Source: an uncultured archaeon
GTDB lineage: Archaea; Asgardarchaeota; Lokiarchaeia; Sigyniarchaeales; SOKP01
Direction: 5' to 3'
Assembly (NCBI GenBank): GCA_964525635.1
Contig: CAZGJX010000073.1
Coordinates: 1-22,290, forward strand
Length of the DNA: 22,290 nt
Below the pieces are notes generated by a model. The model saw only the letters and a list, made by a program, of their open reading frames with translations, was not told the DNA's origin and made no database searches. Shown here in pieces: positions 9,977 to 16,321 of this stretch (the first letter of the stretch is position 1; each line of letters starts with the position of its first letter). The position numbers were made by a program, and so were the translations under genes.

Positions 9977-10852
9977 ATGCTTGATGGAATTTGGTTATTT
10001 GTAATCATCCTGATTCTCGGTTTCTTTTTACGAATGATGTGGAGAGGACTTCCCTCAAATTTTCTGAAGACCCTCCTAAGAATCATTGCCTTCATTGGAA
10101 TCATCATCCATGAGCTGTGTCATTACGGGATGTGTCTTTTGATGGGAAAGCGACCAGAAAGTATAAAGGTGAGTTATAGAGAAATGAAGGGTAGTGTAAG
10201 GAGTGATGTAGGAACGTTCTTGCAGGCATTTCTAATTGGTCTTGCCCCGCTTCTTATAATGAGCTATATTGCGTGGTTTTGCCTTGATATCGCTCTTTTC
10301 TCGTCTTTTCTCTGGTACTATCGATGGTTGGCGGGGATTCTTGTAATCTCCATTCTATTCGCAGCAGGTCCGTCACCAGCAGACATTCGAGCTATAACAT
10401 CGAGATTTTCAAGGAATTCCAAATATGCTATGTTTCAGATATTAATAGTCTTCCTTTCAGGAATCATAGTCTATTTTCTAACGAGTAATCTTTTCATTCC
10501 AGTAAAATTCAGCTTTATCTACTTTATTTTTATAGGCGTTGGTTATTTTTTCTTGAAATACTTAGCTATGGGAGTGAATCTCTTGGCTCATTTGTTAACT
10601 GGTAATGGTGGACACAGGATACCTTCTAGACATGGATTTAGGGGCTCCATTTCCACATTAAAACTAAAGAAAAAGAGGAAGATTGGGAAAATCCCAGCAA
10701 CCAGAGATGGGGTTATTGACCATATCAGTAATGATGATACTATGATACCACAGCAACAATATGGGGAGGATAATCCGATAGATAATATTATCGGGACGAT
10801 TATAAAAAGAGGAAAAAGAAAACGAATCAAAATCGAATATGGACAGTGGTAA
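9977..10852 (+). CDS. Membrane-embedded zinc metallopeptidase, M50/M50B (site-2-protease)-like
   Basis: HELCH (HExxH) at the end of a TM segment, 'GLAP' motif, 'PSPAD' providing a candidate third Zn ligand, and multiple TM helices. Confidence 0.75.
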   Translation: MLDGIWLFVIILILGFFLRMMWRGLPSNFLKTLLRIIAFIGIIIHELCHYGMCLLMGKRPESIKVSYREMKGSVRSDVGTFLQAFLIGLAPLLIMSYIAWFCLDIALFSSFLWYYRWLAGILVISILFAAGPSPADIRAITSRFSRNSKYAMFQILIVFLSGIIVYFLTSNLFIPVKFSFIYFIFIGVGYFFLKYLAMGVNLLAHLLTGNGGHRIPSRHGFRGSISTLKLKKKRKIGKIPATRDGVIDHISNDDTMIPQQQYGEDNPIDNIIGTIIKRGKRKRIKIEYGQW

Positions 10853-11159
10853 AAATAATAACATGAATATTTTAAATTCTTTATTCTTTTTTTCTTTTAA
10901 ATACTTAGAAATTATTAGCATGGTGATGATAATTATGAATATGATAATACATATCTCGAATTTAGCTATAGAGAATTCAGGGAAATACTCCTGTCCTCGA
11001 TGCGGTAATGCTAGCATCTATGAATATGAGGAATCCTTTGATTGTATCAACTGTAAAAAAGAGTTTGAAAAGCAGGACGTGGAAGAGTTCGACGATGAGT
11101 TTATTCTCTCGATAGAGGAGAAATTAGCCTTTATTGAGAGTCTACTCGCTGAGATATAA
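10839..11159 (+). CDS. Small zinc-ribbon protein (true start probably downstream, near 10920-10945)
   Basis: CPRC...CINC pair with an acidic helical C-terminus. The N-terminal ~30 aa of the ORF look non-coding. Confidence 0.7.
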   Translation: MDSGKNNNMNILNSLFFFSFKYLEIISMVMIIMNMIIHISNLAIENSGKYSCPRCGNASIYEYEESFDCINCKKEFEKQDVEEFDDEFILSIEEKLAFIESLLAEI

Positions 11160-11227
11160 GAATCGATTTTTCTTTCTTTACTTTTTATTCTTCTTCTACT
11201 TTATAGCAAGAAAATTCTTTTCAATTT

Positions 11228-11719
11228 TTAAACTGTTTTAAACATTTTTAATAAGTTTAAGTTCAATGCTATATTTGCCAATAAACCTGGAAGACTAAAT
11301 GCAATTCCCATCATTGCAAATACACTTCCAACTTTCTCAATTGAATTTTCTGCTTCATTTAAACCTGCTTTTTTACTTTTAATTCTTGAATAGATACCAG
11401 ATAGTAATGAAATAATTTGTAGAAAGAGAACGACTATTAATGCTGGTTGATTAACGAAAAGATTATCACCGAAGATTTGTGCAAAAACAAAATAAGCCGG
11501 ATGTATAGCTAGAGGTAGAGATATTAGGGAAGAGACAAAACATTTTTTTGATTCTGGTCCTATTTTTGTTCTCGCTTTATTGGTTATTTGTGAATTTATT
11601 AATGAGGTATTCTTTTTATTTTCAAGTCTTTCAGAAGAAATATAAACATTACCCCCACATGTTCTACAAAAATTTTGATTTAAATTTGTTAATTTTGCTC
11701 CACAATATGGACAAGACAT
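11228..11719 (-). CDS. Zinc-ribbon domain membrane protein (DUF4190-like TM region)
   Basis: N-terminal CPYC...FCRTCG ribbon followed by 3 TM helices. Confidence 0.8.
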   Translation of the reverse strand: MSCPYCGAKLTNLNQNFCRTCGGNVYISSERLENKKNTSLINSQITNKARTKIGPESKKCFVSSLISLPLAIHPAYFVFAQIFGDNLFVNQPALIVVLFLQIISLLSGIYSRIKSKKAGLNEAENSIEKVGSVFAMMGIAFSLPGLLANIALNLNLLKMFKTV

Positions 11720-11820
11720 ATATAATACATCTAATTATTATTTTTATTAATTTTATTGGATTATAATATACAGAAGAATGTTTATATTTATTTTTTTCTA
11801 TACTTTTGGTCAATATTTTT

Positions 11821-11843
11821 GGTTCTATACAAAATTCAGTGAT
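11821..11843 (+). repeat. IS terminal inverted repeat (transposase 3' side)
   Basis: GGTTCTATACAAAATTCAGTGAT. Confidence 0.7.
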
Positions 11844-11874
11844 GCATAAAATCTCGTTTTAAATGATGAATTGA

Positions 11875-12711
11875 TTAAATTATAGCAAAATATTGATACC
11901 AAACTTGTTGGTAATTACCAAACCATAGTTCTAACTTCTTAATTGTCTGAGCAAAATGATTTGACTGCCCTCTAATAGAAGCATCTCTTCCTATTTCTTG
12001 AAGTACTTCTCGATATCGTCTATATTTGGCGCGATAAAAGCGAATATATTCAGGAAATCTTCTAAAATTATGCCTGAACATACGATAATCGAGAACTCTC
12101 TGCGCCCCCCTAGCTGTCATCATCCTGCGTTTAAACGAAGGATAGTAGGTATACTTCTTATGATTGGCTTCTAATAGATTATTCGTTTTTGGAATACTTG
12201 GATTTCGCTGATGGGCTATAATTTTATAAAACCCGCCTTGCAAATTCTTCAGAGCTGTTTGAAGATGGTTAATCTTCCTTCCTTGTAATCGCTTTATTGT
12301 GCTCCGAACAATCTCTAATTTAATATATGCATCCGTTTCATTCTTCGAATTTATGACATTATAAAATCGTTTAAGGAGCCAACGCCATTGTTTGGGAATA
12401 GGTTTTATCGATTGAGTAGATAATCCACAGAAGGCTTTTACATGTTTTGAGATCATCCATTTCACATGAGTTAAACAATTCTGCTGGATAATATGTTTAA
12501 AACTATGGGTTCGAAGGAGCCCACCTAGATTTGTTGTCAAATCCTTTACAAGGCTTTTGATCCGTAGAGTATTGTGACAACGAGCTTCTTTAAACAGATG
12601 ATATCCTGCTTGTCTTCCCATCGATTCGGATATCATTGCTCCTGGAACAAATTTCGTCACCACATCCACCGTATCTAATGCGTACATTCTCTTCCCACTA
12701 ATTCGCATATG
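11875..12711 (-). CDS. DDE transposase, exon 2 (278 aa)
   Basis: Starts HMRISGKRMYALDTVD directly after the intron 3' end. Contains the second Asp (LVKD), QNCLTH (CxxH) and TNNLLE. The first 21 aa of the ORF-track model (12712-12774) are intron domain V/VI sequence. Confidence 0.9.
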   Translation of the reverse strand, partial: HMRISGKRMYALDTVDVVTKFVPGAMISESMGRQAGYHLFKEARCHNTLRIKSLVKDLTTNLGGLLRTHSFKHIIQQNCLTHVKWMISKHVKAFCGLSTQSIKPIPKQWRWLLKRFYNVINSKNETDAYIKLEIVRSTIKRLQGRKINHLQTALKNLQGGFYKIIAHQRNPSIPKTNNLLEANHKKYTYYPSFKRRMMTARGAQRVLDYRMFRHNFRRFPEYIRFYRAKYRRYREVLQEIGRDASIRGQSNHFAQTIKKLELWFGNYQQVWYQYFAII

Positions 12712-12752
12712 GTCGAGTAGGTCGGGATTGTTACCAATCCCTTCCCCTCTAA

Positions 12753-12786
12753 GAACCGTGCGTGCGACTTTCACCGCACACGGCTC
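12753..12786 (-). ncRNA. Group II intron catalytic domain V
   Basis: AGC triad, GAAA tetraloop, 34-nt hairpin. Confidence 0.95.
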
Positions 12787-12876
12787 AGGCAGAGAGTTCC
12801 AATCACGTCCCCGCGTACCCTTTCTTCATTCCACGTCACCGCTTCCTGAGTACTTAAGTTAAGTGATAATTGATGG

Positions 12877-14349
12877 TTAAGTCATTGCATATCTAATTTC
12901 CTCATATCCCCTTCTTCTCCAATAATCCTTAACCTTAGGGTTTGGATCTAAAGGAGATTTATCGCCAACTATAGACTTATATTTCAATATCTTGGTATCA
13001 CTTGCTTTTCTTAATGTATACCCTGTTTTATCAACTCTAAAAGTCCATTTTCTGTTATCAACTTTTCCATAGTACTTATTAGCTATCCATCTCTTACCTT
13101 TCTTATCATTCTTATGTCTTCTTACACACCAACGCCATATTTGTTGCCATAGTACCTTGTCCACTATTGAAAACGTTTGAAATGCATCAGAAAATCTATA
13201 ATACATAGCCCAGCCCCTAATCTTAGGGTTGAGCAGAGCTATAAACTTTCCCTGTTCCATCTGCTTATGAGTCCAAATAATAGATCTCATACTGTCTAAG
13301 AATTTCTTCACTCGTTCCTTTTGGGGTTTGATGTATAGTTTTTGTCTTGGCTGCTCAATCGTGAATCCTAAGAAATTAAATCCTTGTTCCTTATTTGTAA
13401 TTCTTGTTTTCTCTCTTTTCAAATTTATATCTCGTTTTCTAAGGAAGTTCACCAATTCTGGGATTATCCTTTTCATTGCCTCCTTCGTTTTTGTCATTAC
13501 TATAAAATCATCTGCATAAAGGATAGCGATTCCATCCTTTCCAATGGTCTCATGTATTCCGTGTAGTGCAATATTAGCTAATATTGGGCTAATTGGGCTT
13601 CCTTGAACGATACCCTTGTGTATTTTAAGTTTCTTGCCCTTGTCTATTATCCCCACTTTTAGGCATCTTTGAATAATTCTTTGGAATATATCCAATTTAT
13701 CTATAATTATTTTATGTCTTATATTATCAAAGAATTTATTGATGTCCGCATCTAATATAATTCTATCTCCTCTGTTCAACTCCATGTAGATTCGTTGTAT
13801 CGCGTCTTGGGTGCTTCTTCCAGGGCGAAACCCGAATACATCAGGGTGTAATATTGTTTCCCATTTAGCATTTAAAGCAAATGAGATTAACGTTGTCATG
13901 ACCCTATCTTTGATTGTCATTATTCCTAAGGGTCGTTTTTCCGTTATTGAGGGACATTTCCTATATCTCCGTTTATTATTTCGTATCCTTGTCCTCCAGT
14001 TCTCTTGTACTTTAGGTATGTATCGTCTTAGTACAGGCTGAAATTTATAAGTCCTATAATCAAATTTTTCTTTACTTAGTTCCATTCTTTCTTTTGATGT
14101 TAAATAGACTTTTCCATCTATTCCAGGGGTAATTTTTCCTTTATTCTTCTGGGTTATCATATAAATCGCCAATAATTTTGCTGATTCCGATCGTACCAAC
14201 AGTTTCATAAGGTTCCTTACCCGTTTATTATCACCTTTCTTGGATGCTCTGAAGATCCTACCTTGAAGTCGCCTTACATTCCGTTCCAGTTGGGAAAAGT
14301 TTATCTTATCCCACCAATCTTCTTGCCTATAGATTTGTTCAATTTTCAT
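12877..14349 (-). CDS. ltrA: Group II intron reverse transcriptase/maturase (no HNH endonuclease domain)
   Basis: RVT_N region (VRRLQGRIFRA...GKITPGIDG), RPLGI, FGFRPGRS, DADINKFFD, QGSPISPILANI, YADD, FNFLGF, X/thumb domain (LNPKIRGWAMYY). GAGGAG RBS upstream. Ends shortly after 'SPLDP...YW'. Confidence 0.95.
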   Translation of the reverse strand: MKIEQIYRQEDWWDKINFSQLERNVRRLQGRIFRASKKGDNKRVRNLMKLLVRSESAKLLAIYMITQKNKGKITPGIDGKVYLTSKERMELSKEKFDYRTYKFQPVLRRYIPKVQENWRTRIRNNKRRYRKCPSITEKRPLGIMTIKDRVMTTLISFALNAKWETILHPDVFGFRPGRSTQDAIQRIYMELNRGDRIILDADINKFFDNIRHKIIIDKLDIFQRIIQRCLKVGIIDKGKKLKIHKGIVQGSPISPILANIALHGIHETIGKDGIAILYADDFIVMTKTKEAMKRIIPELVNFLRKRDINLKREKTRITNKEQGFNFLGFTIEQPRQKLYIKPQKERVKKFLDSMRSIIWTHKQMEQGKFIALLNPKIRGWAMYYRFSDAFQTFSIVDKVLWQQIWRWCVRRHKNDKKGKRWIANKYYGKVDNRKWTFRVDKTGYTLRKASDTKILKYKSIVGDKSPLDPNPKVKDYWRRRGYEEIRYAMT

Positions 14350-14718
14350 TGTCTAACTCCTCTTATAGTTAAGGGTTCCTTCAAGGTACTTTCTCAGTCT
14401 CCACCACCTTTGAAGTCAGCAGACTTTCGTCTTGGAGCATCTCCTATATCTCATCGAATATCTCTCGATATAGGCTCCTATCCACCCTATTATTAGGCGG
14501 CATTCGCTTCCTCTTGGTTCCTCTGCCCGCTAAACCTTCCCCTTCACTTAGGATCTGGATACCGTATCTATAATCTTTTGAAAGGCGAGGAGATACCTCA
14601 TATGTCTTTCTTTTCCCTTTATAGTACGGGGTTTATCGGGTTTACCATGTTTTATATATTTGACTTTAATCGACTTCCTTAGGTACTTGCTCTCCCCCGG
14701 CTGAACTACGGATGGAAA

Positions 14719-14741
14719 AGCGATAAGAGATAATTATCGCT
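14719..14741 (-). other. Candidate EBS1 stem-loop of the intron
   Basis: 8-bp stem AGCGAUAA/UUAUCGCU with loop UUAUCUC. UAUCUC pairs 5/6 with the 5' exon end GAGAUU. Confidence 0.7.
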
Positions 14742-15023
14742 AACTGTCAGCATTACCTTTTGGTATGGCGTATCACTACCTTTCGCCACGGGGTACGTTA
14801 CGGGGGTTTATCACAAGTTCACTGTCGTTTACCATAGAAGTCCTGGCTAGCCCATCATCCGAATGGTAGTTTCGTCTGATAGTACATTGTTCCTAAAGCT
14901 TAACACATTATCGTTACCAATAATGCACCTTTAGGTAGCCACACCTATCCATCTTAGTGCCGTTTTCTTAGTATTTATTAACCTCCAAGTTTACGTATTC
15001 AAATATATAACTTCATGTCGCAC

Positions 15024-15554
15024 AATCTCATCATAGCCCCAATGTCCACTTGAGGGAATAGGTGTCTCTTGAAGCATGTCTCGTAATGGTTCTGCGACCT
15101 CATTAATCCAATTTACGATACTTGATTTCGAAATCGTAATTCCAAAATCGATTTTAAATACACGTCTAATCTGGGAGGGCATTAAGCCTTCCATATAATG
15201 CTGTCGAGCTCGTCGTTTATAGTTTTCATGATAATTTGAAAATTTAGGAAAGAGTTCCGAATAATCTGGATGTATTTCACCACATTGGGGACATCGTTTT
15301 CTCTGAATGAGGAATTGGAGTTTTCCTTTCCCATTATCGTGAATTATTACCCTCTTGTTACGTCCATTTTTTACTAAACGAGAGCCACAATCAAGACAAT
15401 GAGTTTCCTTTATTTTGACTGTATTCCCTCGCCCAATTTCAAGAGAATATCGGGATTTAATATTTGATTTGCAGTGTTTTTTCCGAAGTATTCCAATTTT
15501 CGGTTTTTTCAAGAAAGGAAAATATTTAATAAGACTGGTTTGTTCTATAAACAT
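15024..15554 (-). CDS. DDE transposase, exon 1 (177 aa: zinc ribbon, HTH, first catalytic Asp)
   Basis: CLDC...CPQC ribbon, HTH ('GLMPSQIRRVF...ISKSSIVNWI'), and 'WGYDEI' immediately before the intron GUGCG. Confidence 0.9.
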
Positions 15555-15613
15555 GGGTGATTCATTTCTTCTGTTTTTTGTATGTGGTATATGAAAACGA
15601 AGAAATGACTCCC
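15555..15613 (-). promoter_or_regulatory. Hairpin abutting the transposase start codon
   Basis: TCATTTCTTC (15562-15571) / GAAGAAATGA (15599-15608) inverted repeat, extended by GTTTT/AAAAC inside and GGG/CCC outside. Confidence 0.55.
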
Positions 15614-15735
15614 TTTAAATCTTTCCTTTTTGTTACTAAAGATTTTATTAAAATTTAACTTCAGTTTTTGAAATCAAGGATTTATATACAAGATTCTTAA
15701 GAACAAAAAACATAAGGCGACAAAAATAACTTCAA

Positions 15736-15758
15736 ATCACTTAATTTTGTACCCGATC
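15736..15758 (-). repeat. IS terminal inverted repeat (transposase 5' side)
   Basis: Reverse complement reads GATCGGGTACAAAATTAAGTGAT; the core matches the other end. Confidence 0.65.
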
Positions 15759-15779
15759 GCACTTTTTTATTTAAATATA

Positions 15780-15971
15780 ATGATGGTTATCAAGCAATAT
15801 GAGTATTGAAAAAGACACCGTTTTCACGTACAAATTTTATACTGTCCATTTTTAAGGAGTTGTATACTCCCTCAGACAGATGAAATTTGCAATTTTCCCT
15901 GTTATAAGGAATGTTCTGAATACCAGCTAAAGAAGGAATACTTAAGAAAGAAATATCACGACCTTTATTAA
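15780..15971 (+). pseudogene. Small Cys-rich ORF (63 codons) with in-frame TGA at codon 10 (pseudogene or recoded)
   Basis: Hand translation: MMVIKQYEY*KRHRFHVQILYCPFLRSCILPQTDEICNFPCYKECSEYQLKKEYLRKKYHDLY; TGA at 15807-15809. Confidence 0.55.
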
Positions 15972-16321
15972 AAAGTTCTTTCTTTAGCGGTTTTTTTCTT
16001 TAAATACTTATATTATTTAATGATAAATAGGACTGATTAATTAATTATTAGATTTTAATAGTAATCCTTTATGCAGAATAAAGGAATCCTTCATCCCTTT
16101 ATTTACAATAAAAAAAATCATAAATATCAATTTATATATTGGTTTGGCTGAAAAAGACAATATTCAATTAATCGAGGAAAAAAAAGATATTTTTATATAG
16201 AAATAAATTGATATTTACTTTATAATTAGAATTTAGAGAAAGGGATCTTTAATATTATAAATTTTATGTATTATGTTTTTGAATATTGCATAATATAATT
16301 ACAAAAGGAAGGTGATGAGGT

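Larger units (their letters stand above)
12712..15023 (-). mobile_element. Group II intron (2312 nt; chloroplast-like/IIB type) with intron-encoded RT-maturase
   Basis: 5' GUGCG at 15023-15019. Canonical 34-nt domain V GAGCCGUGUGCGGUGAAAGUCGCACGCACGGUUC (12786-12753). Domain VI hairpin with bulged A 7 nt from the end (12718) and 3' ...CUCGAC. RT ORF in domain IV. Removal rejoins a transposase in frame. Confidence 0.95.
11821..15758 (-). mobile_element. Insertion sequence (DDE transposase; about 1.63 kb without the intron) carrying a group II intron
   Basis: Imperfect TIRs: TACAAAATTCAGTGAT (11828-11843) vs reverse complement of 15736-15751, TACAAAATTAAGTGAT (15/16 identical). They enclose both transposase exons. 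Outer boundaries are approximate and no clear TSD is visible. Confidence 0.75.

Noticed and set aside
10588-11766. ORFs 10588-10830, 10664-11017 and 11548-11766
   Set aside because: They overlap better-supported genes on the opposite strand.
12712-12774. GTG start and first 21 aa of the 299-aa ORF
   Set aside because: This sequence is intron domain V/VI; the coding exon starts at 12711.
12877-14349. RT as retron, DGR, CRISPR-RT or defence RT
   Set aside because: It has the RVT_N and maturase X domains and is flanked by canonical group II intron RNA ends. No TR/VR pair, msr-msd or cas genes were seen.
13328-14496. Plus-strand ORFs inside the intron
   Set aside because: Antisense to the RT ORF and intron RNA.
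14991-15023. Last 10 codons and stop of the 187-aa ORF
   Set aside because: Read-through into the intron 5' end, not a true C-terminus.
15791-16000. Minus-strand ~70-codon open frame, and inverted repeat GCTAAAGAAGGAA/TTCTTTCTTTAGC as a separate gene or ncRNA
   Set aside because: The frame has no suitable start and is antisense to the Cys-rich ORF. The repeat is low-complexity and at most a terminator-like element.
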